Assembly (NCBI GenBank): GCA_018262985.1
Contig: JADFDI010000002.1
Coordinates: 198,532-262,531, forward strand
Reading direction: 5' to 3'
From: Spirochaetota bacterium
Lineage (GTDB): Bacteria; Spirochaetota; Spirochaetia; Treponematales; UBA12059
Length of the DNA: 64,000 bases
The notes beneath the pieces are model-generated. The model searched no databases. It saw only the letters and a program-made list of their open reading frames with translations, and was not told the origin of the DNA. Shown here piece by piece: positions 35,368-45,981 of the stretch (positions are counted from its first letter, which is position 1; every line of letters begins with the position of its first letter). Made by a program: the position numbers and the translations under genes.

Positions 35368-36114
35368 TCAGTATAACAAACCTAGGGCAAGAGGCGTGGA
35401 CGCGGCCGCGACGAGAAGGAAGTCGGCCGTTCCGACCTTGAAAGGCGGCAGGCTCCTCCGCGCGCGCCCCGTGCCCCGCGCCGCGCGCGCCTCGGCGACA
35501 TCACGGGCGAGCAGCAGCAAGTTGCGAAGGAAAGCGGCGACCGTGGCCGCGAGCATGCGCAGAGCGCGGGGAGCGGCCGTCCGGCTTCCGCCGGGTCCGG
35601 AGCGGAGGAAGCCGCGCGCGCGCGCCGCTTCCTCCGTGGCGACCCAGGCCGCCAACACCGTCGGCACGAAGCCGAGGACGAGGGCGAGCGACTCGAAGGC
35701 GCCGGAGCCCGCCCGCGAAAAGGGGCGCGAGAAGCGCGCCAGGGAGTCGCGGATGCGGGAGACGCCCAGGCCCGAATAAAACGCGCGAGCGGCGCCGTAG
35801 CCTCCGGCTATGCGGGCGGTCGACCGGAGCGCCGAACGTGCGCCTTCCGCGTCGATCACCGGCGTTCCCGCCTCGAAGCCGAGCGCCTGGAACGCGAACA
35901 GGACGATGCCGAGCGTCGCGACGAAGCGGAAATCGGTGTATGCATCCCGCGGGCGGGGTCGGGACGCGAGCCAGGCCAGGCCGCCGAGGAGCGCGAAGGC
36001 GAGGAGGGGCAGGGTTTCGGCGGACGCGGAACCGGCGCCGAAGAGGGCCATCGCCACGAGGGCGCTTTCGCCCGAGACGCGCGGGACTCCTCCGCCGCGC
36101 GTCAGTCCAGCCAT
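35368..36114 (-). CDS. ECF transporter transmembrane (T) component, BioN/EcfT/CbiQ family
   Basis: Starts MAGLTRGGG and overlaps the ATPase end by 13 nt. Multi-TM with an Ala-Arg-Gly type coupling helix (EEAARARG, AEARAARG). Confidence 0.7.
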   Translation of the reverse strand: MAGLTRGGGVPRVSGESALVAMALFGAGSASAETLPLLAFALLGGLAWLASRPRPRDAYTDFRFVATLGIVLFAFQALGFEAGTPVIDAEGARSALRSTARIAGGYGAARAFYSGLGVSRIRDSLARFSRPFSRAGSGAFESLALVLGFVPTVLAAWVATEEAARARGFLRSGPGGSRTAAPRALRMLAATVAAFLRNLLLLARDVAEARAARGTGRARRSLPPFKVGTADFLLVAAASTPLALGLLY

Positions 36115-36860
36115 ACGAGGTCCTCGAGGCGTCGCGGCGCGGCGAGCGGGTCGGCCAGGCCCCAGCGCCCGAGTCCGGCCGCGAGCCCCTCCGACGGCGT
36201 CCCGTCGAAGGCGACCGCGCCGCCGACCAGCACCACGAGGCGCGACGCGAGGCCGAGCGCCTTCTCGAGTTCGTGGGTGAGCAGCACCACCGTCGTCCCG
36301 CCCGCGAGCAGGTCGCGTACGAGTCGCGCGACCTGCGTCACGCCGGCCCGGTCGAGGTTGGCGAAGGGCTCGTCCAGCACCAAGATCGACGGCTCCATGG
36401 CGAGCACCGACGCGATCGCGAGCCTGCGAGCCTCGCCGCCCGAGAAGGACCACGCGAGGTCGTCCTCGCGCCCGCCCAGGCCGCAGCGCGCGAGCGCGTC
36501 GCGGGCTCGTCGCTCGACTTCCGGCCAGGGCAGGCCCTGGTTCGCGGGGCCGAGGCGCGCGTCGTCGAGCGCGGTATCGCCGAGCACCTGGGCTTCGGCG
36601 CTCTGGAAGACATAGCCGACCTTGGAGGCGCCGAGCGGGCGCCCGCGGCGATCCAGCGCGGCCTCGTCGTCGACGAGCACTCGTCCTTCGGTCGGCTCGA
36701 GCAGGCCCGCGAGGTGCTTCATGAGCACGCTCTTGCCGGCCCCGTTCGGTCCGGCGACCACGGTCAGCTCGCCGCGCGGGATCCGGAAGCTGACCCCGCG
36801 GACGCCCCAGCGTCCGTCCTGGAAGCGGTGGCCGAGATCCTCGAAGCGCGCGGCGTCCAT
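36102..36860 (-). CDS. ECF transporter ATPase (BioM/EcfA/CbiO family)
   Basis: Walker A GPNGAGKS, signature FSGGEARR, Walker B ILVLDEP, H-loop LTHE. Confidence 0.85.
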   Translation of the reverse strand: MDAARFEDLGHRFQDGRWGVRGVSFRIPRGELTVVAGPNGAGKSVLMKHLAGLLEPTEGRVLVDDEAALDRRGRPLGASKVGYVFQSAEAQVLGDTALDDARLGPANQGLPWPEVERRARDALARCGLGGREDDLAWSFSGGEARRLAIASVLAMEPSILVLDEPFANLDRAGVTQVARLVRDLLAGGTTVVLLTHELEKALGLASRLVVLVGGAVAFDGTPSEGLAAGLGRWGLADPLAAPRRLEDLVWLD

Positions 36861-36861
36861 C

Positions 36862-37473
36862 TCAGGTACCGGAGGCGTCCGATCCCGGATTCCGGACTTC
36901 CCGACGTCCGGCGGCTCCGCCGGGCGCGAAGCCGAAAAGGCTCGTCACGAAAGGCTGGAGCGCGTAGGCGGCCGCGGCGGCTACGAGCGCCTTTGCCAGG
37001 TCCACCGCCAGGAAAGGCAGCAGGCCTCCGGCCAGCGCCTTCGCGAGGTTCGAACCGGGCAGGGTGGCGAGCCTTCCCACGCCGAGCAGGTACACGGTCG
37101 CGAAGCCCGCGAGGCTCGCGACGGCGCTTCGCGCGATCGAGCGCCGCCCTCCGCGCATCGCGAGTCCCGAGACGAAAGCCCCGGCCAGGTACCCGGCGAG
37201 GTAACCCCCCGACGGTCCCAGCAGCACCGACCAGCCGCCGCGCCCGCCCGAGAACACCGGGGCGCCGAGCGAGCCCGCGGCGATGAACAGAGCCACCGCC
37301 AGCGTTCCGTAGCGCGGCCCGAGCACGAGCCCCGCGAGGATGGCGAGGAGGTTCTGGATGACGACCGGCACCGGAGAGACCGGCACCGGCACGTGGATGA
37401 AAGCGGCCGCGGAAATGGCGGCCGCGAAGATGGCGGCGGCCGTGCCGGCGGCCGCCTTCTGCGTCGAGGTCAT
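36862..37473 (-). CDS. bioY: Biotin transporter substrate-binding (S) component BioY
   Basis: VPVSPVPVVIQNLLAILAGLVLGPRYG, GPSGGYLAGY and LLPFLAVDLAKA match BioY signatures. Confidence 0.85.
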   Translation of the reverse strand: MTSTQKAAAGTAAAIFAAAISAAAFIHVPVPVSPVPVVIQNLLAILAGLVLGPRYGTLAVALFIAAGSLGAPVFSGGRGGWSVLLGPSGGYLAGYLAGAFVSGLAMRGGRRSIARSAVASLAGFATVYLLGVGRLATLPGSNLAKALAGGLLPFLAVDLAKALVAAAAAYALQPFVTSLFGFAPGGAAGRREVRNPGSDASGT

Positions 37474-37477
37474 GCGC

Positions 37478-37516
37478 TTACCGCTCCAACTTCCGGTATT
37501 TAATACGGTGCGGGCG
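37478..37516 (-). pseudogene. 39-nt ghost copy of the ettA 3' end (encodes RPHRIKYRKLER-stop)
   Basis: 32 of 39 nt are identical to 37606-37644. All 7 differences are synonymous (CAT/CAC, AGA/CGT, ATA/ATT, CTC/TTG, TGA/TAA). It ends 4 nt before the bioY ATG. Confidence 0.6.
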
Positions 37517-37558
37517 CCATGCCTGTGGCATGGCGGTACGCTTCGGCTGCGCCGAAGC
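37516..37558. repeat. Twin perfect 8-bp/3-nt-loop hairpins (REP-like) between ettA and its ghost 3' end
   Basis: GCCATGCC-TGT-GGCATGGC (37516-37534) and GCTTCGGC-TGC-GCCGAAGC (37540-37558). No U-tracts. Confidence 0.6.
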
Positions 37559-37605
37559 GGCTCGCGAGGAGCCGACCGCCCGCGCTCCGCTCGAATATGC
37601 CGCCA

Positions 37606-39288
<1,683 letters not shown>

Positions 39289-39351
39289 GGCCCGGGATTA
39301 TAGCGGGAACGGCGCCGAAGGTGGAGGGGGGAGGGCCGGAGGCCGAGGCGA

Positions 39352-39476
39352 GCTCTGTCCCCCGTGCGGGCCTTTCACGCGCGCCTGTTCGGGCTCTGTC
39401 CCCGTCCAAACGGATTGAGCTCCGCCTTGTCGAGCTCCGTCCCCGTTCCCGGCTTTATTCCCGGCCCTGGCCCCGT
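39352..39476. repeat. Phased short direct repeats in the ettA/SDR divergent promoter region
   Basis: GCTCYGTCCCC(C)GT occurs at 39352, 39393 and 39434 (exact 41-nt register), with a fourth CCCCGT at 39471. TTCCCGGC occurs three times between 39446 and 39483. Confidence 0.5.
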
Positions 39477-39539
39477 TCCCGGCCGATTGCGGAAGGCGGG
39501 GCCCGCGCGCTACCATCGGCGCCCGTACCGGAGGTGTCC

Positions 39540-40391
39540 ATGTCCCGCATCCTCGTTCCCCGCGTCGAAGACTCGGTAGTCCTGGTGACCGGCGCCTCCG
39601 GCGGCATCGGCCGCGCCGTCGCCTCCGCCTTCGCCGCGAAGGGCGCCCGGGTGTTCGGCACGAGCCGCGATCCCGGCTCCGTCCGCGACGCGCCATCCGG
39701 CGTGGAGTTCCTCGAATGGGACGCCCACGAGGAGTCGGGCGCCGACGCCTGCGTCACCGCGGCGCTCAAGCGGGCCGGCCGCGTCGACGTCCTCGTCTGC
39801 AACGCGGGCATCGGCATCGGCGGCTCGATCGAGGACGTGCCGATGGCCGATGCCGTCCGCCAGTTCGACGCGAACGTCTTCGGCGTCCTCCGCATGCTCC
39901 GCGCCGTGCTGCCGGGCATGCGCGAACGGCGCTCCGGCCTCGTCCTCGTGGTCGCTTCCGCGGCCGGACGCATCGCAGTGCCCTTCCAAGGCCACTATTC
40001 GGCGAGCAAGTTCGCGCTCGAGGGCCTCGTGGAGAGCCTCCGGCTCGAGCTCCGTCCCTTCGGCGTCCGCGCTGCCCTCATCGAGCCCGGCGACACGCGC
40101 ACCGGTTTCACCGATTCCCGCCGCTCGCTTCCCTCGTCCCCGGCCTACGCCGAGGCCGCGCGGCGCGCCATCGGCGTCATGGAAAAGGACGAGCGCGCGG
40201 GCGCCGATCCGGCCAGGGTCGGCGCCCTCGCGTCGCGTCTCGCGCGGAAGCGGCGGCTCCGCGTCCGCTATCCGATCGGCCCGGCCTTCCAGCTCCTCGC
40301 GCTCGGCCTGAAGCGCGTGCTGCCCTCGCGCGCGTTCGAAGCCTTCCTGGCCGCTTACTACAAGGTGCCGCGCGCGGGAAGCCGCCCGTGA
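39540..40391 (+). CDS. Short-chain dehydrogenase/reductase (SDR)
   Basis: Start MSRILVPRVEDSVVLVTGASGGIGRA (Met87 of track ORF). Contains TGxxxGxG, NAG and YSASK motifs. Confidence 0.85.
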   Translation: MSRILVPRVEDSVVLVTGASGGIGRAVASAFAAKGARVFGTSRDPGSVRDAPSGVEFLEWDAHEESGADACVTAALKRAGRVDVLVCNAGIGIGGSIEDVPMADAVRQFDANVFGVLRMLRAVLPGMRERRSGLVLVVASAAGRIAVPFQGHYSASKFALEGLVESLRLELRPFGVRAALIEPGDTRTGFTDSRRSLPSSPAYAEAARRAIGVMEKDERAGADPARVGALASRLARKRRLRVRYPIGPAFQLLALGLKRVLPSRAFEAFLAAYYKVPRAGSRP

Positions 40392-41389
40392 GCGACGCTC
40401 CGTCGGTATCCGTCAGGCCGTTTTTCCGCGCCCCGGAAGGGCGCGCCGTCTCGCTCTACGTCCTCGAAGGCGCGGATCGTTCGGTCTCCGTCTGCGACCG
40501 GGGCGCGACCCTGGTCTCCTACCGGCTCGGCGCCGGCGCCTCGGGGACGGAGCTCCTGCTCCGCTACGGCAAACCGGAGGAGTACGGATCCAATCGCCTC
40601 TATCTCGGCTCGACCGTCGGCCGCTACGCGGGCCGGATATCGGGAGCCGCGTTCGAGCTGGACGGCGTCCGCCATGATCTCGTGGCGAACGACGGCCCGA
40701 ACTGCCTGCACGGCGGTCCCGCGGGCCTCCACGCGCGCGACTGGGAAGCCGAGCCGTTCATTGAAGCGGGGGCTGCGGGCGTGCGTTTTTCCATCGTGTC
40801 GGCCGACGGCGACGGCGGCTTTCCCGGAGAGCTCCGCGTCGCGGTCGAGTACCGACTGCTCGAGGACGGGGAGCTTCGCTTCCATGCCGTGGCCCGGACC
40901 GACCGCCCGTCGCCCGTATCGCTCACCAACCACGCGTACTGGAACCTGCGCGGCTCGGGCGACGTCAGGACCCTCCGCGCCCGCCTGTTCGCGTCGCGAC
41001 GCCTCGAGCGAAGGCCGGATCGAGTCCCGACCGGCAGGCTGCTGCCGCTCGAGGGTACGCGGTACGACCTTCGCGCGCCGCTCGACGCGCCGGAGAGGGC
41101 GGGGTTCCCGCTCGAGGATTTCGATGACTACTTCGTCGCGGATCGGCCGGCCGGAGCGGGACTCTCGACCCTCGCCGAGATCCTCGATCCGGAGAGCGGC
41201 CGGCGCCTCGAGGTGGCCTCGAACGCGCCGGGCTTCGTGTTCTACACGGGCGACTTCGCTGGGTGCCGTGGCCTTTGCGTCGAACCCTCCGAGTATCCGG
41301 ACGCGCCGAATCGGCCTGAGTTCCCTTCGTCCGTCATCGGGACGGGAGAGTCGCGGACGCTGGACCTCGTCTGGCGCGTCGGCGCGTGA
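40388..41389 (+). CDS. galM: Aldose 1-epimerase (galactose mutarotase family)
   Basis: GTG start overlaps the SDR TGA (GTGA). Contains VGRYAGRI, NCLHGG, GFPG, LTNHAYWNL and CVEPSEYPDAPN. Confidence 0.85.
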   Translation: MSDAPSVSVRPFFRAPEGRAVSLYVLEGADRSVSVCDRGATLVSYRLGAGASGTELLLRYGKPEEYGSNRLYLGSTVGRYAGRISGAAFELDGVRHDLVANDGPNCLHGGPAGLHARDWEAEPFIEAGAAGVRFSIVSADGDGGFPGELRVAVEYRLLEDGELRFHAVARTDRPSPVSLTNHAYWNLRGSGDVRTLRARLFASRRLERRPDRVPTGRLLPLEGTRYDLRAPLDAPERAGFPLEDFDDYFVADRPAGAGLSTLAEILDPESGRRLEVASNAPGFVFYTGDFAGCRGLCVEPSEYPDAPNRPEFPSSVIGTGESRTLDLVWRVGA

Positions 41390-41404
41390 AGCCCGTCGGA
41401 GCCC

Positions 41405-42919
41405 TCAATACCCGACGCGTTCGGTCCTGAGCCGCGCCAGTATCCAGTCCACCCAGGCGTCGCCGGCGCCGCCGACCCAAGGCTCGGCGAGCAGCAGCTC
41501 GAAGAACGCCTCGCGTTCCTCGCCGAGCTTCGCGAGGGCCTGGCCGCGGTAGAAGCGCGCCCGCGCCTCGAGGGCCGGATCCCGCCGGAGCGACAGGTAG
41601 CGGGCCAACTCGTCGGCGGCCGCCTTCCAATCGCCTTTGAGGAGGCGTTCGGCCGCTATGAGCCTGAGCGTGTACTCGTCCCCCGAGCCCTGGAGCACCC
41701 GGTCCTCGGGAAGCACGACGAGCTCCGGCTCCCGGGCTTCGACGGGTACTGCGTATCCGAGCAGCTCGGCCGCGGCCTTCTGACCGGCGGCGCTCAGCGG
41801 CTTCCGGGCCGGCAGGTCGAGGGTGGAGGAGAGCGGCCTGCCGTCAGGACTCACCGAACGGGACAGGTAGAGGAAGGGCAGGGGGATGGAACGGCTGACC
41901 GGGGAAGCCTCCGGAAGCCCCACCCGATACAGGCCCGCGGGCACCTCGGCGGCCACGCTCGTGGCGTTGGCTCCGCGCGCGATGACGATGCGCCCGGTGC
42001 GCAGTCCCTCGTCGTCGATGATGGCGTAATAGTAGGGGATGCCGGGCACCGGATAGTCGAGTATGAAGCCCTCGAGGTCCTCGAACGAAGCGACGGTCGA
42101 AGCCGCGAGGAGCGAGGCTACGTCGACTATCGGCGAAACGCCCCGGTAGAGGACGAGCCGCGAGCCGGGGGCGGTCGCCGTCCAGGACACGCGGATGGCG
42201 TCTTCCTGGACCCGCGCGGCGATCGCGCGCACGGGCGTGGTCGCGGCTGAGGGCGACGCGGCCGCGGGCGCCGCGGCGGGAGCGGGGCTCGCGGCGACGG
42301 GCGACGGCGCCGCCGGCGGCGTGTCCGGAAGGGCGCCGGCCGCGGGCGTCTCTGGCTCTGGTTCCGCGGGAGGCGCCGTTTCGGCGACCGGAGCCGCGGC
42401 CGCGACGGGAGTTCCGGCGGCGGCCTCGGGGGTCGGCGCGGGGGCCGGCGAGGAGGAAGTCGCCGGGGAGGGTTCCGCGGGTTTCGGCGTTCCGGCCACG
42501 GACAAGCCGGAAATGGTCGCGTTCCTCATGGGTTCGAGGACGATGACCGGCTTTCCTCCCGAATCCAGGGCTAGCACCGCGTAGAAGAAGCGGCCGTCCC
42601 GCTCCGGCGCGTCCTCGAACTCGCCGACGCCCGGAGCCACGCGGCCGACTTCGACGGCCCTGTCGAACTCCGCCGCGTCGATGGGAGCGTCGTGACGGTA
42701 GACGAGATACCCGGTGGCGGCGGCGTGATCCACCCACTGCACCACCGGATGCCCGTCGCGCACCCCCACCCGTACCCGGGTCGGAGCCATGATGCCGTCG
42801 GCCGGATCCGACGCGGGGGCGTAGGTCGGTACGCCCCCTTCGCCGGCGACGGATTGGGCCTGCAGCACGCAGCACGCCGCGAGCGCGGCGACCAGGACCG
42901 GAACGGTTTTTCGTCGCAT
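41405..42919 (-). CDS. Secreted hypothetical protein: two Ig/FN3-like modules separated by a Pro/Ala-rich linker, C-terminal TPR-like helices
   Basis: Signal peptide MRRKTVPVLVAALAACCVLQA. An about 110-aa PA-rich low-complexity segment. The C-terminal helical repeats include ARFYRGQALAKLGEEREA. Confidence 0.65.
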   Translation of the reverse strand: MRRKTVPVLVAALAACCVLQAQSVAGEGGVPTYAPASDPADGIMAPTRVRVGVRDGHPVVQWVDHAAATGYLVYRHDAPIDAAEFDRAVEVGRVAPGVGEFEDAPERDGRFFYAVLALDSGGKPVIVLEPMRNATISGLSVAGTPKPAEPSPATSSSPAPAPTPEAAAGTPVAAAAPVAETAPPAEPEPETPAAGALPDTPPAAPSPVAASPAPAAAPAAASPSAATTPVRAIAARVQEDAIRVSWTATAPGSRLVLYRGVSPIVDVASLLAASTVASFEDLEGFILDYPVPGIPYYYAIIDDEGLRTGRIVIARGANATSVAAEVPAGLYRVGLPEASPVSRSIPLPFLYLSRSVSPDGRPLSSTLDLPARKPLSAAGQKAAAELLGYAVPVEAREPELVVLPEDRVLQGSGDEYTLRLIAAERLLKGDWKAAADELARYLSLRRDPALEARARFYRGQALAKLGEEREAFFELLLAEPWVGGAGDAWVDWILARLRTERVGY

Positions 42920-42985
42920 ATCTTCGATAGTATCGGCGTTATCGCTTCGCGTCGATAGCCCGGGCGGAACGCGGGCTGGCGGGCT

Positions 42986-43014
42986 TTGACACGGCGGCCC
43001 TCCTCGGATACCAT
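42986..43014 (+). promoter_or_regulatory. Candidate promoter giving a leaderless transcript of the Cas2-like gene
   Basis: Perfect TTGACA (42986-91), 17-nt spacer, TACCAT (43009-14). ATG 43021 lies 7 nt after the -10. No SD is present. Confidence 0.4.
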
Positions 43015-43020
43015 TCGCCC

Positions 43021-43308
43021 ATGTTCGTGTCCGTGGTCTGCGACATGGGCGGCGAGGATTCGCGCGCCGCCGTTTTCGACCTGCTCGCGCGGTACGGCTT
43101 CGAGAAGGTCCAGCGGGCCTGCTTCGAGTCCGCCCGCATCCTCGAAAAGGAACTCGCCGCGCTCAAGCGGGACATCGACAAGGCCACGGACTATTACGAC
43201 ACGGTCAGGATCTACCAGTATCCCGTCGAAGGCGCGCTCGTAGTCAGCGTGCTCAAGGAAAACCGCTGGCGCCGCGTCATCGTCCGCGCGCCGGCGCCGA
43301 AGCCCTGA
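43021..43308 (+). CDS. Cas2/VapD-like small protein (orphan; no other cas genes or array in window)
   Basis: 95 aa. MFVSVVCDM (beta1 ending in Asp), LLARYGFEKVQRACFES and DTVRIYQYP occur in the order and spacing of the Cas2 ferredoxin-like fold. Recognised by eye only. Confidence 0.5.
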   Translation: MFVSVVCDMGGEDSRAAVFDLLARYGFEKVQRACFESARILEKELAALKRDIDKATDYYDTVRIYQYPVEGALVVSVLKENRWRRVIVRAPAPKP

Positions 43309-43353
43309 GCCGACGGACGCCGCCGTCCACCATCACCGCCCCGGAGGTTCGCC

Positions 43354-44488
43354 ATGCTCGACGATTTCATCGCTCCCGTCGAGGAGCTTCGCAGGAACGT
43401 CATCGACATCTGGGGGCGTCTTTGACCCCGCCTCCATCCGCGCGGCCATAGACAGGAACGACGCTTCCACCGCCGAACCGGGCTTCTGGAACGACCAGTC
43501 CAGGGCCGAGCGCGTCATCGGCGAAACGAAGCTGCTCCGCCAACGCCTCGACACCTGGGAAACCCTCAAGCGGGACGTCGACGGCATCGTCGAGATCTTC
43601 GCGCTCGCGCGCGAGGACAACGACGCCTCCATGGAGGCGGACATCCAGGCCGCCTACGACAGCGCCAAGGCGCGCTTCGACAAGGCCATCGTGCTCGAAC
43701 TGCTTTCGGGCGAGGCGGACCGCGCCGGCGCCTTCCTCACGATACACGCGGGCTCGGGCGGCACCGAAGCCTGCGACTGGGCCTCCATGCTCTACAGGAT
43801 GTACTGCCGCTGGGCCGAGCGCCGCGGTTTCAAGTACGAGGTGGTGGACCTGCTCGAGGCCGAGGGCGGCATCAAGAGCGTCACCGTCGAGATCGACGGC
43901 TCCTACGCCTACGGCTACCTCCGGGGCGAGTCCGGCGTCCATCGCCTCGTGCGGATAAGCCCCTTCGACGCCAACGCGCGCAGGCACACGAGCTTCGCGA
44001 GCGTCGCCATCCTGCCGGTCATCGACGACTCCATCGACGTCACGGTCAAGCCGGACGAGATCCGCATCGACACCTACCGGGCGGGCGGCGCGGGAGGACA
44101 GAAGGTCAACAAGACGGACAGCGCCGTACGGATCACCCACCTGGCCACCGGAATCGTGGTCACCTGCCAGAACGAGCGCAGCCAGTACAAGAACAAGGAC
44201 GTCGCCATGGCGGTGCTGAAGAGCCGCCTCTACGAGCACTACCGCGAGGAGAAGGAGAAGGAGAACGCCAAGTACCAGGCCGAGAAGAAGGAAATCGCCT
44301 GGGGCAGCCAGATCCGCTCCTACGTGTTCCAGCCCTACACCATGGTCAAGGATCACCGCACCAAATTCTCGGTGGGGAACGTGCAGGCGGTCATGGACGG
44401 CGACATCGATCCGTTCATCGAAAACCTGCTCCATTTCCGATGGAAGGGAGGCGCCGCGGTCGCTTCCGACGACGACGACGAGGTTTGA
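43354..44488 (+). CDS. prfB: Peptide chain release factor 2, requires programmed +1 frameshift (join 43354..43422, 43424..44488)
   Basis: Frame 0 reads MLDDFIAPVEELRRNVIDIWGRL then TGA. Frame +1 continues DPASIRAAIDRNDAS... into track ORF 43631..44488, which carries SPF and GGQ (RAGGAGGQKVNKTDSAVRITH). Confidence 0.95.
43412..43426 (+). promoter_or_regulatory. RF2 autoregulatory +1 frameshift cassette
   Basis: GGGGG CGT CTT TGA C: an internal SD-like G-run, the slippery CTT and an in-frame TGA followed by C. Confidence 0.9.
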
Positions 44489-44502
44489 GGTCAACGCCCG
44501 CC

Positions 44503-45951
44503 GTGCGCGTTACGCCGATCCCGCGAAGCGTCCTCGCGACCCTGTCCCTTCTGGCGGTAGCCTCCGCGCTCTGCGGGACGCGGCTGTCCGCGGAGTCCGG
44601 CCGCGGCGATCCGGATCCCTCGTGGCGGGTCGCGATAACCGCCTTCGCCGTCCAGGCGGACGGGGACGCCACCGCGGAGAAAGCGGCCGCTACCGTGCCC
44701 TCGCTCCTGCTGGCGGCCCTGATCGACCTGCCCGAGCATCGCTACTCGATCGAGGCGGCGGGCGGGCGAGCGATCCGGCTCGCCGCGGCGTCGCGCGTAG
44801 CCGCCGACAAGGCTCTCGCCGAAGCGCGGTCCAGGCTCGACCGCCTGGCCTTCGCCCCCTCCTCGGCACCGGCCGAGCGCAAACGGCTCGAGGAAGCCTA
44901 CCGGGTCGCGGCGGCCAACGCGGAAGCGGCTTCGGCGGGAGAGTCGGAGCTGGCGGTGCCGCCCGCCAAGCCCATCGCCTTCCACGGTCCGAACGCCACG
45001 GGAACGCCCGTCCCCCTCAAGACCTCCGTCGCGGAGCTGGCTACCGCCGAAAAGCTGGACATGGTGGTTTCGGGCACGGTGCGCCGCGTCGGCGGCTACC
45101 TGGCCTTCAGCATCGAAGCCTGGGACCGGGATCTGGGCGCTCCCGTCACCGAGATCGTCGACTACTCCGCGCCGGACGACCTCGAGGCGCTCGTCGGACG
45201 TGTGCTTCCCGCCCTTCGCGCGGCGATCGCGGGCGCGGAGGTCCGCCGGGTAACGATCGCCACCGAGCCGCCGGATGCGACCGTGTCGATCATCGACGCC
45301 GCGGGCGACGAGCGGCTCCTGACGCGGTCCGAACGCGTGGTCTACCTGTACGGCCCCTCGGAGCGCGCCCTGGTCGCGCGCGCGCCCGGCCGCGAAGACC
45401 TCACGCTCTACCTCGCAGGAGCGGGAGCGGACGAGCGCCTCTTCCTCTCGCTGAAGCAGGTTCCGTCGGGTCCCGGACTCGTGCTGGATTCGGTGCCGTC
45501 GGGCGCCGCCGTGTACATCGAGGGAATCAAGGCCGGCGTCGCGCCCCTCGAGGTGGCGCAGGCGCCCTTCCCGAGGTTGGCCGAGTTCCGGCTCGATGGC
45601 TTCAGGCCGGCCGCCTTCGTGCTGGAACCCGGCAAGCGGGAAGCGCCCTTGACCAGGCTCGTGCCGGAATCAACGGTCCTTCCGCAGACGATGGACAAGC
45701 GGCGCGACGCGTTCTACGAATCCCTCGGCTGGTTCGTGGTTTCCTTGCCCCTTTCGGTGTTGTCCTGGCAGGTCTACCGATCGTACTATGACGCCGCCCT
45801 GCTCGCCGGCGAGTCCGATCCCGCCTACGCCGGCCTGTCGTTCGCCGCGGGAGCGAGCGGGGCGGCCTTCGCCGCGAGCGCGGGAATCAGCGTCGGATTG
45901 GCCGGCTTTTCGGCCTTCAGGCTCTGGCACTACATCCGGTCGGCGGACTGA
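44503..45951 (+). CDS. PEGA-domain-containing envelope protein with a C-terminal membrane anchor
   Basis: GTG start (VRVTPIPRSVLATLSLLAVASALC signal). PEGA-like VTIATEPPDATVSI and LDSVPSGAAVYIEGIKAGVAPLEV. Two C-terminal TM helices. Confidence 0.6.
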   Translation: MRVTPIPRSVLATLSLLAVASALCGTRLSAESGRGDPDPSWRVAITAFAVQADGDATAEKAAATVPSLLLAALIDLPEHRYSIEAAGGRAIRLAAASRVAADKALAEARSRLDRLAFAPSSAPAERKRLEEAYRVAAANAEAASAGESELAVPPAKPIAFHGPNATGTPVPLKTSVAELATAEKLDMVVSGTVRRVGGYLAFSIEAWDRDLGAPVTEIVDYSAPDDLEALVGRVLPALRAAIAGAEVRRVTIATEPPDATVSIIDAAGDERLLTRSERVVYLYGPSERALVARAPGREDLTLYLAGAGADERLFLSLKQVPSGPGLVLDSVPSGAAVYIEGIKAGVAPLEVAQAPFPRLAEFRLDGFRPAAFVLEPGKREAPLTRLVPESTVLPQTMDKRRDAFYESLGWFVVSLPLSVLSWQVYRSYYDAALLAGESDPAYAGLSFAAGASGAAFAASAGISVGLAGFSAFRLWHYIRSAD

Positions 45952-45981
45952 GTTCCCGCAGGCCCATCGAGGGTTCGACAC

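Noticed and set aside
37478-37531. 17-codon ORF (MPQAWRPHRIKYRKLER) covering the ettA ghost segment
   Set aside because: Its ATG is buried in the stem of a perfect hairpin and there is no SD. The relic interpretation explains the sequence. It cannot be excluded without ribosome profiling.
37527-37545. Sigma-54-like TGGCAT-N-...GC element
   Set aside because: The GC dinucleotide is one position out of register with the -24/-12 consensus. The sequence is part of a perfect hairpin and would fire antisense into the ettA 3' end.
39350-39485. Could the 41-nt-spaced repeats be a degenerate CRISPR array, given the Cas2-like gene 3.5 kb away?
   Set aside because: The conserved core is only about 13 nt and there are only 3-4 copies. 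Repeats are not palindromic CRISPR-like units of 24-48 nt. They sit in a divergent promoter region.
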